A DNA stretch of 64,000 nucleotides from Actinomycetes bacterium (GCA_030614255.1 JAUWKI010000002.1:4449-68448); one strand, 5' to 3'. Shown: positions 30,080-41,357, counted from the stretch's first letter. The notes: a model not told the origin generated them from the sequence alone. Made by a program: numbers and translations.

Positions 30080-30991
30080 TCAACTTATCTTTATCATTTT
30101 ATTTACCGCTTCTTCGGCCTTCACCCTAACTTCTTTGGGAACGACAACTCTGGTTCCCAGATTTTTAAGGGATTTTTCTATTCTATCGAGCGTAATAATT
30201 TTCATATCTTTGCAGATCGCTCCCTCAATTTTCACGAATTTTTTTTCAGGATTCTCTTTTTGCAAACGATATATCATGCCTTCTTCCGTACCCACAATTA
30301 TTTCCTTAGCAGAAGTTTCTTTTGCAAACCTAACCATTCCTGAGGTGCCCAATACCTCATCGGCCAAGTTGAGAACATCCGGGCGACATTCCGGGTGAGC
30401 TATAAAAACCGCGCCGGAGTAACTTTCTTTGAGTTTTTCAACTTGCCCCGGTTCTATATCATCATGAACAGGACAATACCCGTCCCAAAGAATTATCTCT
30501 TTACCCGTCATAGAAGCAACATAACTTCCGAGATTTTTATCCGGCACAAAGATAACTTTGTCAAAACCGTTTAAGGAATTTACCACCGCCAAAGCGTTAG
30601 CAGAAGTACAACAAATATCGCTTTCAGCTTTTACGGCCGCGGGAGAATTTACATAGCAGACTACAGCAGCATCGGGGTACTTTTTTTTCTTCTCTTTTAG
30701 AGCTTCAACGGTAATCATGTCTGCCAATTGACATCCTGCATGAGCATTCGGAAGCAATGTAATTTTTTCCGGGCTTAGAATATTGGCCGTTTCCGCCATA
30801 AAATAAACTCCGCAAAACACTATAATTTCAGCATCAACCTCTACGGCCTTGCGAGAGAGATCTAATGAATCGCCAACAAAATCGGAGATGTCTTGAATTT
30901 GAGAGGGCTGATAGTTATGCGCGAGTATAATTGCGTTTCTCTCTTTTTTGAGTCGTTTGATACGCTCTTCCAACCATCTACCTCCTAGCAA
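30080..30991 (-). CDS. nadA: Quinolinate synthase A
   Basis: 303 aa NadA-type sequence with conserved Cys ligands. Confidence 0.9.
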   Translation of the reverse strand: MLGGRWLEERIKRLKKERNAIILAHNYQPSQIQDISDFVGDSLDLSRKAVEVDAEIIVFCGVYFMAETANILSPEKITLLPNAHAGCQLADMITVEALKEKKKKYPDAAVVCYVNSPAAVKAESDICCTSANALAVVNSLNGFDKVIFVPDKNLGSYVASMTGKEIILWDGYCPVHDDIEPGQVEKLKESYSGAVFIAHPECRPDVLNLADEVLGTSGMVRFAKETSAKEIIVGTEEGMIYRLQKENPEKKFVKIEGAICKDMKIITLDRIEKSLKNLGTRVVVPKEVRVKAEEAVNKMIKIS

Positions 30992-31368
30992 GCATCATAA
31001 GTAGCTTTATAATCCTCGACATCAACTATATGATTTTTTTCGTCTACATGAACAATTTTAGGCACCAGCTTCTTAACTTCCTCATCATCAACAAGCACAT
31101 AAGATAGAACGATTACCTTATCTCCTTTATGCACCAAATGTGCCGCGGCGCCGTTTACGCATATGACCCCCGAGCCAGCCGGGCCAGCGATGGCATAAGT
31201 CTCAAGCCGCGACCCATTGGTGATGTCCATAACTTGAACCTTTTCATGATTTAAAATGTCGGCGGCTTTCAGTAAATTTTCGTCGACAGTTATGCTCCCT
31301 ACGTAATCGAGGTTAGCTTCTGTAACAATCGCTCTATGTATCTTTCCTTTCAATATCACCCTGAACAT
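30985..31368 (-). CDS. panD: Aspartate 1-decarboxylase
   Basis: 127 aa. [29 protein letters not shown] is a classic PanD sequence. Confidence 0.95.
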   Translation of the reverse strand: MFRVILKGKIHRAIVTEANLDYVGSITVDENLLKAADILNHEKVQVMDITNGSRLETYAIAGPAGSGVICVNGAAAHLVHKGDKVIVLSYVLVDDEEVKKLVPKIVHVDEKNHIVDVEDYKATYDAC

Positions 31369-31378
31369 AAACTAACAC

Positions 31379-32227
31379 CTAATTTCCTTTAATTAAAATA
31401 TTATCGATTAACCTTGCTTTGCCCACTCTAGCAGCCAAGGCAATCAAGGCTTCTCTTTTTATTATAGTCAGTTCTCGTAACGAAATAGTATCACAGATGG
31501 ACAGGTATTCTAAATTAACTAAGGGTTCTTTTTTAATTAACCTTATCATTGACTCTCTTATTTCCCCTGGATTTTTTTCACCGTTTTCTACCATTTCTGA
31601 TGCCAATCTAAGCGATTTACTTAAAACAAGCGCCGCTTTTCTTTCTTCGGAACTGAGATACCTATTGCGGGAACTCATAGCCAAACCATCTTCTTCTCTT
31701 ACTGTTGAAACACCGACCACTTGAAGATCAAAATTTAGGTCTTTAGCCATCCTCTTTACGACCATCAACTGTTGATAATCCTTTTCACCAAAGTACGCAA
31801 AATCAGGATTTACCATATTAAAGAGTTTGGAAACAACCGTGGCAACTCCTTGAAAATGACCGATTCTGCAAGCTCCGCAGAGAACATCGGTTATCTTCTC
31901 AACGTTAACATGAGTTAAGTTTTCCTCCGGATACATCTCTTCCACAGAAGGAGCAAAGAGATAATCGACTCCGACTTTCTCGGCCATCTTTGAATCACTT
32001 TTCAAGTCTCTAGGATAAGCTTCAAAATCTTCGGAGGGACCAAACTGAGTCGGATTTACAAAGATGCTGGTTACAGTAACATCGCACTCTTCTTTTGCCC
32101 TCCGCATTAGAGCAAGATGACCTTCGTGGAAACAACCCATCGTCGGGACTAACCCTATAGTTTTATCGCCTCTTCTTTCCTGCTTTAAGATTGCCTTAAT
32201 CTCTTTTATGGTTGTAACTATTTTCAT
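31379..32227 (-). CDS. panC: Pantoate--beta-alanine ligase
   Basis: 282 aa with PTMGCFHEGHLALM (HIGH-like) motifs. The ACTACCGACTTAAGGGTG word lies 13 nt before the start codon. Confidence 0.95.
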   Translation of the reverse strand: MKIVTTIKEIKAILKQERRGDKTIGLVPTMGCFHEGHLALMRRAKEECDVTVTSIFVNPTQFGPSEDFEAYPRDLKSDSKMAEKVGVDYLFAPSVEEMYPEENLTHVNVEKITDVLCGACRIGHFQGVATVVSKLFNMVNPDFAYFGEKDYQQLMVVKRMAKDLNFDLQVVGVSTVREEDGLAMSSRNRYLSSEERKAALVLSKSLRLASEMVENGEKNPGEIRESMIRLIKKEPLVNLEYLSICDTISLRELTIIKREALIALAARVGKARLIDNILIKGN

Positions 32228-32235
32228 AAAACACC

Positions 32236-32290
32236 CTTAAGTCGGTAGTATGCCTAGCTTCCAGCCCCCAGTCTCCAGCCGCCAGCATAA
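32236..32290. repeat. Heptad-periodic spacer (CTTCCAG CCCCCAG TCTCCAG CCGCCAG) between panB and panC, including the GTCGGTAGT word
   Basis: Direct reading shows 7-bp phasing of CCAG. The unit CCCCAGT is identical to cyanobacterial STRR1. Confidence 0.7.
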
Positions 32291-32461
32291 AAATTAATAA
32301 ATAAGAATGAAAAACCATAATATAAAATTAAAAATGCTTTTGTACTATTTTTGTTTTTTACTCTTTACCACTTGCCAGATTCTTATTCATACATCATTTG
32401 TTTTTCCTGGTAGCTAACGACTGATAACTGGTGGCTTCCTTCCTCTTTACCCTTTCTTTTA

Positions 32462-33265
32462 CTAACAAAACTCGTGCTCTTTGGTGGGAAACTTTTCTTT
32501 CTTTACTTCGGATATATAATCCGAAACCGCTCTCTTAATATCATTACTTAACTTCGCGTATTGTTTAACAAACTTTGGCACAAATTTATCGTACATCCCT
32601 AAAAGATCCTGAGTGACAAGAACCTGCCCATCACATTCACACCCAGCGCCAATTCCAATAGTAGGAATCGAAACCGCCCTGGTTATGTCCGCCGCAAGAC
32701 TTTTCGGGATACACTCCAGTACAATTGAAAAAACCCCTGCATCCTCAAGAATTTTTGCATCTTTAAGTAATTTTTTCTTTTGTTTATCCTCTTTGCCCTG
32801 AACCTTAAAACCTCCCATTTGGTGTACCGACTGAGGAGTAAGCCCCAAGTGTCCCATCACAGGAATTCCGGCTTTTACAATCTTATCGACTTTATCCGCC
32901 ACTTCTTCACCACCCTCGAGTTTTACCGCATGAGCGCCCGCTTCCTGTAGAAACCTACCCGCATTTCTAAGAGCTTCGTCCGCATTTACTTGATATGACA
33001 TAAAAGGCATATCCCCAATAACCATGCTCGATTTCACACCTTTAGATACCGCTTTCGTATGATGAAGCATATCATCCATAGTGACAGCCAGTGTAGTATC
33101 ATAACCAAGCACAACCATGCCCAAAGAGTCACCAACCAAAATCAAATTCACACCCAGCTCATCTAGAAGTTTTGCGGTCAAATAATCATATGCAGTTAAC
33201 ATGGTGATTTTATCGCCCTTTTGCTTCATTTCTGCAAGCTTAGTGACGGTGACTTTCTCTTTCAT
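32462..33265 (-). CDS. panB: 3-methyl-2-oxobutanoate hydroxymethyltransferase
   Basis: 267 aa PanB/KPHMT sequence. Confidence 0.95.
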   Translation of the reverse strand: MKEKVTVTKLAEMKQKGDKITMLTAYDYLTAKLLDELGVNLILVGDSLGMVVLGYDTTLAVTMDDMLHHTKAVSKGVKSSMVIGDMPFMSYQVNADEALRNAGRFLQEAGAHAVKLEGGEEVADKVDKIVKAGIPVMGHLGLTPQSVHQMGGFKVQGKEDKQKKKLLKDAKILEDAGVFSIVLECIPKSLAADITRAVSIPTIGIGAGCECDGQVLVTQDLLGMYDKFVPKFVKQYAKLSNDIKRAVSDYISEVKKEKFPTKEHEFC

Positions 33266-33268
33266 CTT

Positions 33269-34141
33269 CTACTCCTTTTTAAAAAGTTGTTTAAGTTCCT
33301 TTGCGTTTTTCTCATCTACGCTTCCTTTTTCTATCGCCACATCGACCGTATAATGGCCCATTTCCTTATAGATTCCTGTAGCATCAGGCAACTTTGACTC
33401 GAAAGCCAACAGATGTTTTTTTATGGTATCCACATCACCGCGAGCAATGGGTCCGGTAAGCGCCTTAGAGGTACCTTTTTCTTTTATGTTCTTGAGTGTC
33501 CCCTCAATTAAGGGCCACACCGCTCTCAAGGAAATCTCGTTCGATATGCCGATATTGGAATAGATTTCTTGAGCAAGATATAGAAGAGCCACCAAATAGT
33601 TTGAGACTACACATGCAGCTGCATGATAAAGAGGCCTGTCTTCATCTTTTACTGCGATAGGTACTCCACCAAGGTCTTTGACTAGTTCAAAAACGAGGGG
33701 CTGAATTTCCTCCTCAGCCGTAACTCCAAAATAAGTTCCGGGCAGCTGCTCTATTGCCAAGTCAATATCGGCAAACGATTGTATTGGATGAATGCTCGCA
33801 ATAGATGCCCCCGCTCCTTTAGCGCTATTCAGCACCTCGACCGAGAGCACGCCACTCATGTGCAAAACCACATCGCCAGCCTTAAAACCACTTTCACGAG
33901 CAATTTTCTCACAAACCTTTTCGACCTGGTCGTCTCGAGTAGTAATAAAAATTAAATCTCCCAAATTTGCGGCTTTGACAACATCAGTCGTAAGCAATCC
34001 TGCCATATAAGAATAAGCTCTAGTGAGGGAGTCTTGACTTCTACTACCAACAGCCACCACCTCATATCCCTTAGTCTTCAATATATATGCGACGGCCGTT
34101 CCCACAATCCCAGCACCAATGATAGAAACTTTTTTGCTCAT
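33269..34141 (-). CDS. Rossmann-fold DUF2520-type protein, candidate ketopantoate reductase (PanG-like)
   Basis: 290 aa with an N-terminal GAGIVGTA dinucleotide-binding motif. Its position at the head of panB-panC-panD fits the PanG (alternative KPR) role described for DUF2520 proteins. Confidence 0.6.
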   Translation of the reverse strand: MSKKVSIIGAGIVGTAVAYILKTKGYEVVAVGSRSQDSLTRAYSYMAGLLTTDVVKAANLGDLIFITTRDDQVEKVCEKIARESGFKAGDVVLHMSGVLSVEVLNSAKGAGASIASIHPIQSFADIDLAIEQLPGTYFGVTAEEEIQPLVFELVKDLGGVPIAVKDEDRPLYHAAACVVSNYLVALLYLAQEIYSNIGISNEISLRAVWPLIEGTLKNIKEKGTSKALTGPIARGDVDTIKKHLLAFESKLPDATGIYKEMGHYTVDVAIEKGSVDEKNAKELKQLFKKE

Positions 34142-34286
34142 TTTTTACTCCAAAAATAAAAAAATCTTCTGACCAGCAGAAGATAAAGACTTTTAGCCAT
34201 CTTCCGTCCCGGTCACATTAGATCCAAGCGGTTTTACAGCAGTAGCCATAAAAATTTTGTACTATTTTAGCTTAGAATTATACCAC

Positions 34287-34778
34287 CTAGTCGTCCACCC
34301 TTCCAATTGATTTAACTTCAACACTGGTAAGTTTGTCAAAAAAGTGTCTCACGGGAACCCCTGAGGGAAGTTTCACGTTCGGTGCTATCTCTAAAAGAGG
34401 GACCAGAACAAAGTTTCGCTCGCACAATAAAGGATGAGGAATTTTTAGACCCTCCTCATCTATTTTGTCTCCATTGTAGATTAAGATATCCAAATCTATG
34501 GTTCTTGGTCCCCACTTAATATCCCTTTCTCTCTTCAACAACCCCTCAATAAAGTTGCAAATCTTTAATAGATCTTTTGGGGCAAGTGAGGTCTCAAGCT
34601 CCAAAACCAAATTGTAAAATTTCCGCTGTTTGATATAACCCTCGGGTTCCGTTTCATAAACGAACGATATCTTTCCAATTTCGATGTCTTTATGTTTCCC
34701 TAACAATCTTATCGCCGCACGTAAGTAAGCTTTTCTGTCACCGATGTTGGAGCCCAGACTTAAATAAGTTTTTGCCAC
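34287..34778 (-). CDS. folK: 2-amino-4-hydroxy-6-hydroxymethyldihydropteridine pyrophosphokinase
   Basis: 163 aa HPPK sequence (GPRTIDLDIL). Confidence 0.9.
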   Translation of the reverse strand: MAKTYLSLGSNIGDRKAYLRAAIRLLGKHKDIEIGKISFVYETEPEGYIKQRKFYNLVLELETSLAPKDLLKICNFIEGLLKRERDIKWGPRTIDLDILIYNGDKIDEEGLKIPHPLLCERNFVLVPLLEIAPNVKLPSGVPVRHFFDKLTSVEVKSIGRVDD

Positions 34779-34794
34779 TTAAACACCCCTGTTA

Positions 34795-34978
34795 TTAGCT
34801 ACCAGTCACCAGCTTACAGCCACCAGGATAAAGTGCAAGACTTGAAATTCAGAGAATGGATTTGTGGTTAGAAAGTTTGGTTTGCCGGATTATTGGTTGG
34901 ATAGTTTTCCCCATACTCCAACATTCTGCTCTATTTTTAGTTTTGCTGAAAGCTGAGAGCTGGAGGCTGACGGCTAAA
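34795..34978. repeat. Heptad-periodic spacer between folP and folK (TAGCTAC CAGTCAC CAGCTTA CAGCCAC; GCTGAAA GCTGAGA GCTGGAG GCTGACG)
   Basis: Two phased 7-mer arrays flank a GTTTGGT/GTTGGAT-rich middle. The 200 bp gap sits inside a presumably co-transcribed folate operon. Confidence 0.7.
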
Positions 34979-36187
34979 TTATCCTCTAACCATCGCATCG
35001 GTCATCCTGGCAACGCGAACCATCTCTCTTACATCATGAACCCGAACGATATTTGCACCCTGAGTTATGGAATAAGCAACGGTTGCGGCGGTTCCTTCAA
35101 TTCTCTCTTCAACAGGCAAATCTAGAGTTTCCCCGATGAAAGATTTCCTAGAGGTGCCCATCAAAATTGGATATCCTAAACTCTTTAATTCAGACAATCT
35201 TCTTGCTATCTCAAGGTTGTGCTCTCTCGTCTTACCAAAACCAATTCCCGGGTCAATAATGATTTTATCTTCTTGAACACCCGCTTTTAGAGCCACCTCC
35301 GCTTGTTCTCGCAGAAAAGATATAATTTCACCTATCAAGCAATCATAATGGGGATTATCCTGCATTATCTGGGGAGCCCCCTGCATATGCATAATAATCA
35401 CGGGGGCACCGGCTGTGGCAACAAGTTTCGGCATATCTTTATCTACTCGAAGTCCGCTTATATCATTTATTATTGTTGCGCCTGCCTCCAGTGCTCTCTT
35501 GGCAACTTTGGCCTTATAAGTATCAATTGATATGGGGCAATCGACCTTGGAAGTAAGCTCTTCTATAATCGGAATCACCTTTTTTAGCTCCTCCTCCAAG
35601 CTGACTGGCTTTGCTCCTGGACGTGACGATTCTCCGCCGACATCTATGATATCTGCCCCATCCTCAAACATTGAGACACCATGAGAGATAGCAGCTGATA
35701 TTTCAAGATAACTACCTCCATCATAAAAAGAATCGGGAGTGGCATTTAAGATGCCCATAACATGCGTGCGCTCGCTCAGATCAAGCTCAGACTTACCGGC
35801 TTTAATGATATGCGGCTTCATATCAAAATTTTTGAGAACCTCGCCTATCTCCTTCGAGATTCCCTTTAAACCAAAGGGCTGGCTCGTCAATCTCTCGCGA
35901 ACTCTATTAAGCTGCACGATTGTCCCCATTAAAATCGCATTCGTAAAACCGCGGACCGTTTTGGAGATGGCTACCTCTCCACCACAAACCGACATCTCTT
36001 GCTTTAAAATATTGGCCTGACACACGTCTAAGCCCTCGATTTTGACGACCCTAAGCATTGCATTTGGAGCCATAATATCTATACCTGCGGGGTCGACACC
36101 CGCTTTATTAAAAACCTTTTCTATATCTTTAAACGTCTTTAAGACTAAAATCCCGACGTTATGGAGCAACTTAGTACCTCCTGGCAT
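34979..36187 (-). CDS. folP: Dihydropteroate synthase with a ~150 aa N-terminal extension domain
   Basis: The C-terminal ~270 aa form a pterin-binding DHPS domain ([17 protein letters not shown]...[15 protein letters not shown]). The N-terminal domain is not recognised. Confidence 0.85.
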   Translation of the reverse strand: MPGGTKLLHNVGILVLKTFKDIEKVFNKAGVDPAGIDIMAPNAMLRVVKIEGLDVCQANILKQEMSVCGGEVAISKTVRGFTNAILMGTIVQLNRVRERLTSQPFGLKGISKEIGEVLKNFDMKPHIIKAGKSELDLSERTHVMGILNATPDSFYDGGSYLEISAAISHGVSMFEDGADIIDVGGESSRPGAKPVSLEEELKKVIPIIEELTSKVDCPISIDTYKAKVAKRALEAGATIINDISGLRVDKDMPKLVATAGAPVIIMHMQGAPQIMQDNPHYDCLIGEIISFLREQAEVALKAGVQEDKIIIDPGIGFGKTREHNLEIARRLSELKSLGYPILMGTSRKSFIGETLDLPVEERIEGTAATVAYSITQGANIVRVHDVREMVRVARMTDAMVRG

Positions 36188-36755
36188 GAATCAACGATAA
36201 AGCTTCCTGACGAGAGACATCATTTGTTAGGAAAATCCCCCGTACGGCAGATGTCACAGTCAGTGTCCCTGGCTTTTGAACACCTCTCATACTCATACAG
36301 AGATGCTCGGCCTCCACAACAACAAAAACACCCAAGGGATTCAATGCTTTTATGAGACTATCTGCAATAACCGTCGTCAATCTCTCTTGAACTTGAGGAC
36401 GTTTTGAGACAACATCAACAACTCTGACCAACTTGCTGATTCCAGTTATCTTTCCATTTTCACCTGGTATATAAGCAACGTGAGCTCTTCCAATAAAGGG
36501 CATAAGATGATGTTCGCAAACCGAATATAGAGGAATATCTTTGACCAAAACCATTTCGTCATGATTTTCGGCAAACATTACTTGAATTACTTCTATAGGA
36601 TCCTTGTTCATCCCACAGAAAATTTCCTCATACATTCTCGCTACCCTAAAGGGCGTACCTTTTAATCCTTCTCTATTTAAGTTTTCGCCAATTCCTTCTA
36701 AGATAAGACGCACTCCCTGTTCAATTTTCCCCTTGTCCAAACATCCCACCTCCAT
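36171..36755 (-). CDS. folE: GTP cyclohydrolase I
   Basis: FolE core sequence. Start called at [10 protein letters not shown] (36755), because the ORF-track start at 36824 would overlap the upstream terminator hairpin. Confidence 0.85.
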   Translation of the reverse strand: MEVGCLDKGKIEQGVRLILEGIGENLNREGLKGTPFRVARMYEEIFCGMNKDPIEVIQVMFAENHDEMVLVKDIPLYSVCEHHLMPFIGRAHVAYIPGENGKITGISKLVRVVDVVSKRPQVQERLTTVIADSLIKALNPLGVFVVVEAEHLCMSMRGVQKPGTLTVTSAVRGIFLTNDVSRQEALSLIHARRY

Positions 36756-36810
36756 CAATACTAAATTAGAAGTAATATAATCAAATATAATAGCTCTATT
36801 CCCCCAAAAT

Positions 36811-36841
36811 AACAAAAAGGCCACCCGATTAACAGCGGCCC
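36811..36841 (-). terminator. Intrinsic-terminator-like hairpin (GGCCGC...GGGTGGCC followed by TTTTTGTTATTTT) about 50 nt upstream of the folE start. Candidate attenuator or riboswitch expression platform
   Basis: On the minus strand: gataagGGCCGCtgttaatcggGTGGCCtttttgttattttggggg. The hairpin plus U-tract sits inside the 5' leader of folE. Confidence 0.55.
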
Positions 36842-36965
36842 TTATCTTGCCGACTTAAGTCGGCCCTGGTTTTAGTTATCATCATAAGGCCAATGCTTAG
36901 GATGCTATATTATTAAACCAATCACCGGCTCTCATCCTCCAGGAAAATCAAAAATAAAAGCTTTT

Positions 36966-37258
36966 TATTGGTTTTTTAAAACCCGAGTGGGTTGGGTAGA
37001 CAGCGACCCACCTCCGACACTCCGTCGGGCAGGCTCTCCAGAGGCGGGGTTTCGACTGAAGCTATCTATTGTTTTTAGTTTTTAAAACTCGGTGGGTCGG
37101 ACAAATCGAAACTTGAGGCCGCCCCGATGAAACGAGTGGAAGGCTGGAAAGTGAACAAAGTGAGTGTCCAAGAATCTGTCTGAGCGTAAGCGAGTTATTC
37201 TCGGCCCGCCCGGAGCGAGTAAAGTCGCGGATACGGCCGAGTGTGGAGCATATTCGAC
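36966..37258. other. GC-rich, highly structured ~290 bp non-coding island with a 105-nt-spaced direct repeat (TTTTAAAACYCGRGTGGGTYGG), many local hairpins and a long-range GTGGGTCGG/CGACCCAC complement. Possible structured RNA or regulatory leader of the fol operon
   Basis: Local GC content is far above the ~40% background. No ORF with a homolog. It lies between the ftsH terminator and the folE attenuator. Confidence 0.35.
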
Positions 37259-37369
37259 CCACAAAAAAGAAATAACTAATTAAACAAACAATAACAAATC
37301 AGCTGTTAAGATTAAAAACGAGATTACTTCGCCGTGCCTACAGGATAAACCGGCGGTTTATAGCACTAA

Positions 37370-37400
37370 CAAAAAGGCCACCCGTCAAACGAGTGGCCTT
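37370..37400 (-). terminator. Rho-independent terminator of ftsH (GGCCACTCGTTTGACGGGTGGCC + TTTTTGTT on the minus strand)
   Basis: Perfect 8-bp GC stem followed by a U-run, 20 nt after the ftsH stop. Confidence 0.8.
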
Positions 37401-37421
37401 TCTTACAGATAAATGTCCTGC

Positions 37422-39341
37422 TTAGTTTTCCGCGGGTCTGATTTTCCCTGGAATATCGATAATTCCCTTTTTCTTAAACGTTTTTGCTTTCTTATCACTC
37501 TTACTTTTTTCTTTAACATCTCCTTTGACCTTCGGAGGAGTCCGTCTCCGTCTCTTACCCTCCAGCAACTCCTTCAACTCGCCCTTCTCAAGAGTTTCTT
37601 TTTCAATTAAAGACTTGGCTATTTTATCCAGTTTTTTCCTGTACTTCGTGAGTATCTCTCTGGCCTCATCGTACGCTTCATCAACCATGCGCCTTATTTC
37701 TTTGTCAATTACATATGCTATTTCCTCGCTATAATCGGGGTGAGAAGCAAAATCGCGTCCTAAAAACACCTGTCCTTGCTTCTGGCCCAGGGTCAAAGGC
37801 CCGATTTTATCACTCATTCCATACTCGCAAACCATCTTGCGAGCTATCTTGGTTGTCCTTTCCAAGTCATTCTGAGCACCCGTAGTCACATCTCCAAACA
37901 GCATCTCTTCAGCAACCCGGCCACCCAACAACATGGCTAACTCATCTAACAGCTCGGACTTGCTCACTAAATACTTATCTTCCGTAGGCAAGGTTAGTGT
38001 GTAACCCAACGCCATCCCCCGTGAAATTATGGATATCTTATGCACCGGATCCGTGTTAGGCAAAGTGTGGGCCACCAATGCATGCCCGGCCTCATGGTAA
38101 GCTACAATCTCCTTCTCTTTATCGCTAATTAACCTGGTTTTTCTCTCAGGACCAGCAATAACCCTATCAATTGCCTCCTCGAGCTCAAGCATATCTATTT
38201 TCTTTTTGTCGTGACGAGCTGCGAGCAGCGCAGCTTCATTGACCATATTAGCCAAGTCGGCACCGGTAAACCCGGGCGTCCGCCTCGCAAGAACATCTAA
38301 ACTAATATCTTTCATCAAGGGCTTCCCATGCGTGTGGACCTTAAGAATTGCCTCGCGCCCTCTCAAATCGGGCCTATCCACAACGATCTGGCGGTCAAAT
38401 CTACCCGGCCTTAAAAGAGCAGGATCAAGAATATCAGGGCGGTTGGTCGCCGCGATGAGAATCACATTATCTTTTACATCGAAGCCATCCATCTCGACCA
38501 ACAACTGGTTGAGTGTCTGTTCCCTTTCATCGTGCCCTCCGCCTAAGCCAGCTCCTCGATGCCGCCCCACGGCATCTATCTCGTCCATGAAAATAATCGC
38601 GGGGGCATTTGCTTTAGCTTGTTCAAAGAGATCTCTCACCCTGGAGGCACCAACACCGACAAACATTTCAACAAAATCGGAACCGCTAATCGAAAAGAAT
38701 GGTACATTCGCTTCTCCGGCAACAGCTCGCGCTAGAAGTGTTTTGCCTGTACCTGGTGGGCCATAGAGAAGAACACCTCTGGGTATCTTGGCTCCCATTG
38801 CTTGAAACTTAGATGGGTTAGCAAGGAATTCCTCAATTTCTTTGAGCTCTTCCACGGCCTCATCGACACCGGCAACATCTTTGAAGGTTACCTTGGATTG
38901 ATCTTGGCTCAACCTTTTGGCTCGACTCTTGCCGAAAGACATCACTCGGTTGCCGCCTCCCTGCATTTGGTTCATCATGAACAACCAAATCCCGATAATT
39001 AATATAAAGGGAAACAAATTTATGAGGGCAATAAGCCAAACTGATTCCTTTTGTGGATCAACTTTAGTGCTTACATCTTTGTCGATTAATTTTTCGGTTA
39101 TATTATAATTCTCTTCATAAGTAACTGTAAATTTTTCGCCGTTTTTTAACTCTCCCTCGACTATGTGATCCTTGTTCTTAATTAGAACCTCGCTTACCTC
39201 TCCCGCGTCCAATTTCTTAAGAAAAGTATTGAGAGCATACTCTTTTGGTTCTGGCTGATTTCCTAAAAAGCTCTGTGCCAAAAATAGTACGAGAATCAAA
39301 ATCAGGAAGTAAAAACCAGCGCTCCTGATTACTTTCTTCAA
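37422..39341 (-). CDS. ftsH: ATP-dependent zinc metalloprotease FtsH
   Basis: 639 aa with two N-terminal TM segments, an AAA module (GPPGTGKT) and the HEAGHA zinc-protease motif. Confidence 0.95.
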   Translation of the reverse strand: MKKVIRSAGFYFLILILVLFLAQSFLGNQPEPKEYALNTFLKKLDAGEVSEVLIKNKDHIVEGELKNGEKFTVTYEENYNITEKLIDKDVSTKVDPQKESVWLIALINLFPFILIIGIWLFMMNQMQGGGNRVMSFGKSRAKRLSQDQSKVTFKDVAGVDEAVEELKEIEEFLANPSKFQAMGAKIPRGVLLYGPPGTGKTLLARAVAGEANVPFFSISGSDFVEMFVGVGASRVRDLFEQAKANAPAIIFMDEIDAVGRHRGAGLGGGHDEREQTLNQLLVEMDGFDVKDNVILIAATNRPDILDPALLRPGRFDRQIVVDRPDLRGREAILKVHTHGKPLMKDISLDVLARRTPGFTGADLANMVNEAALLAARHDKKKIDMLELEEAIDRVIAGPERKTRLISDKEKEIVAYHEAGHALVAHTLPNTDPVHKISIISRGMALGYTLTLPTEDKYLVSKSELLDELAMLLGGRVAEEMLFGDVTTGAQNDLERTTKIARKMVCEYGMSDKIGPLTLGQKQGQVFLGRDFASHPDYSEEIAYVIDKEIRRMVDEAYDEAREILTKYRKKLDKIAKSLIEKETLEKGELKELLEGKRRRRTPPKVKGDVKEKSKSDKKAKTFKKKGIIDIPGKIRPAEN

Positions 39342-39418
39342 CCCATTTCCTCCTCAAAATAGATTTATTTTACCACCTAAATCGTAGCACAATTTAAGAT
39401 AGGGAACAATTTAAGTAA

Positions 39419-39973
39419 TTAATCTTCGATATAAAGTCCGGGCTTAAGCATGCAAACACAAGGAAGGTTCCGATACTTCTCATCCCAGTCCAAACCATAT
39501 CCTACAAGAAATTTATCTGGAACATCAAATCCACAATAATTGACATCCAAAGATAACTGCTGTTTGCTCTCCTTTTTCAAGAGAGAACAAACTTTTAAAC
39601 TCGCCGGTTTGCGAGATTTTAAGTTCTTGAGAAGATACTTAAGAGTCAACCCGGTATCGATAATATCCTCAACGATAAGAACGTCTTTCCCTTTAATATC
39701 CGTGTCTAAATCCTTTAAAATTCTAACAACACCCGATGTCTTCGTCGAAGAACCATAACTTGAGACAGCCATGAAATCTATTTCCATCGGCACCTTAATT
39801 TCACGCACTAAATCCGCCAAAAAAATTACCGCTCCTCGCAATATTCCTATAAGCAATAGTTTTCTATCTTTATAATCCTCAGAAATACTTTCACCCAGCT
39901 CTTTTACGCGCTTCCGTATCTCCTTTTCACCAATTAAAACCTGTTCCAGATCCTCGTTCATAACTCCCTCCAA
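39419..39973 (-). CDS. hpt: Hypoxanthine-guanine phosphoribosyltransferase
   Basis: 184 aa with a PRTase motif (VLIVEDIIDTGLTL). Conserved tilS-hpt-ftsH order. Confidence 0.9.
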   Translation of the reverse strand: MEGVMNEDLEQVLIGEKEIRKRVKELGESISEDYKDRKLLLIGILRGAVIFLADLVREIKVPMEIDFMAVSSYGSSTKTSGVVRILKDLDTDIKGKDVLIVEDIIDTGLTLKYLLKNLKSRKPASLKVCSLLKKESKQQLSLDVNYCGFDVPDKFLVGYGLDWDEKYRNLPCVCMLKPGLYIED

Positions 39974-39974
39974 G

Positions 39975-41357
39975 CTATTTTTTAAATCGAGCCCTAATTT
40001 TGAGAATACGCTGTGTCTTTTTGGTCACCTTAAACCTGTCATCAATTCTATGTCCGACAACCCAAACTATCTCTCCTCCGGATACAACTATGGGAACGTA
40101 ATCCCTCAACCGCTCGGGCAATTTTGCGTCCACGAAATAGTCTTGTAGTTTTTTTTCACCCTTTAAGCCGAGTGGATAAAATTTATCACCGGGTAAACGA
40201 CTACGAATGTTGATAGGGAAACGTGCCTTGTCAGCATCCAAACATTCAACAAGGACTCCCCCTCTTTCCGCCAAACGAGATTCTTTTTTTGAAATATCTT
40301 CTCTTATAAACAAATCTTCTTTTTTTTCTATCACGTTCATCTCAAGTTTAATATTTAACTCCGGTACTTCAATCTTTCCCGGCTCATCGAGAATAACCTC
40401 AACATATTTTTTTCTTTCAAGCAAACCTCGTCTTACTAGAACGAGTTCATTATACTCCCTAATGATGGAGAGATGACCCGGAATATCCCGTCTAAATTTT
40501 GGCATCTTCTCCGCATCCAATAATATATCTTTTATATGCTTAAACTCAACTGCCTCAAGGTCTCCTTTTAAAACTTTGAGTCCTATGCGCAATACCCTGC
40601 GCCTTATTGCCAAAGGAAGTGATTTTAAATCTTTGAGCGAAAATCTAATCAAGCCATTTTCAATCAAGGATAGACGATTAAACTCCCGGGAAGCAGTTTC
40701 ATCTAAAAATTGTTCATCATCGCTAATAACTTCAATGGTCTGTAAAGTTGTCTCTCTAAGGTTTGGGTTGTATTTTTCCAGATAGGGAATCAAATCGTAG
40801 CGAACCTTGTTACGAAGATAGGTAAGGTCAAAATTTGAAGCATCCACCCTGAATTTAATTCCTTGAGCTTTACAATATTCTTCAATTTCCTTTCTTGAAA
40901 TTTCAATTAAAGGACGAACAAATATATCTCTCACAGGAGGAATAGCGCTTAGTCCTTTGAGTCCGCTTCCTCTTAAAAGACGCATCAAAAAGGTCTCCGT
41001 TTGATCATCGGCCGTATGCCCCAACGCTATCTTGTCCACACCTATCTCGTCCGCTACTTTCTTGAAGAGCATATAGCGAACCTCCCGCGCGCCATCTTCC
41101 ACGGAAAGGTTTTTCTCGGTAACATATGATGGAACATCGAAAGAGAGAATCGTCGAGGGCAAACTCTCTTTTTTAGCCAGCGCCTCTACAAACTGCGCGT
41201 CTTTCTTTGAAGCATCTCCTCGAAGCATGTGGTCTAAATGAAAAATATGCAGACTCAAATTAAAGTTATTTCTAAGTTGGAGTAAAAAATGAAGTAAGGC
41301 AACCGAATCTTGACCACCAGATACGGCAATCAATACTTTATCGCCGCGCTTTAACAT
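39975..41357 (-). CDS. tilS: tRNA(Ile)-lysidine synthetase
   Basis: PP-loop SGGQDS near the N-terminus. Start called at MLKRGDKVLIAVSGGQDS; the longer ORF-track N-terminus is probably an extension. Confidence 0.85.
   Translation of the reverse strand: MLKRGDKVLIAVSGGQDSVALLHFLLQLRNNFNLSLHIFHLDHMLRGDASKKDAQFVEALAKKESLPSTILSFDVPSYVTEKNLSVEDGAREVRYMLFKKVADEIGVDKIALGHTADDQTETFLMRLLRGSGLKGLSAIPPVRDIFVRPLIEISRKEIEEYCKAQGIKFRVDASNFDLTYLRNKVRYDLIPYLEKYNPNLRETTLQTIEVISDDEQFLDETASREFNRLSLIENGLIRFSLKDLKSLPLAIRRRVLRIGLKVLKGDLEAVEFKHIKDILLDAEKMPKFRRDIPGHLSIIREYNELVLVRRGLLERKKYVEVILDEPGKIEVPELNIKLEMNVIEKKEDLFIREDISKKESRLAERGGVLVECLDADKARFPINIRSRLPGDKFYPLGLKGEKKLQDYFVDAKLPERLRDYVPIVVSGGEIVWVVGHRIDDRFKVTKKTQRILKIRARFKK

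Noticed and set aside
36966-37258. tmRNA, SRP RNA, RNase P RNA or 6S RNA in the GC-rich island
   Set aside because: I looked for tmRNA ends (GGGG...GATTCGAC, GGTTCGAATCC...CCA), a tag ORF ending in ALAA, the SRP domain IV motif and RNase P P4 sequences on both strands and found none. A generic structured element or repeat spacer remains possible.
37062-37264. Two overlapping 60-66 aa minus-strand ORFs
   Set aside because: They fall entirely within the GC-rich structured island. Their Arg/Gly/Pro-rich translation is typical of GC-rich non-coding sequence.
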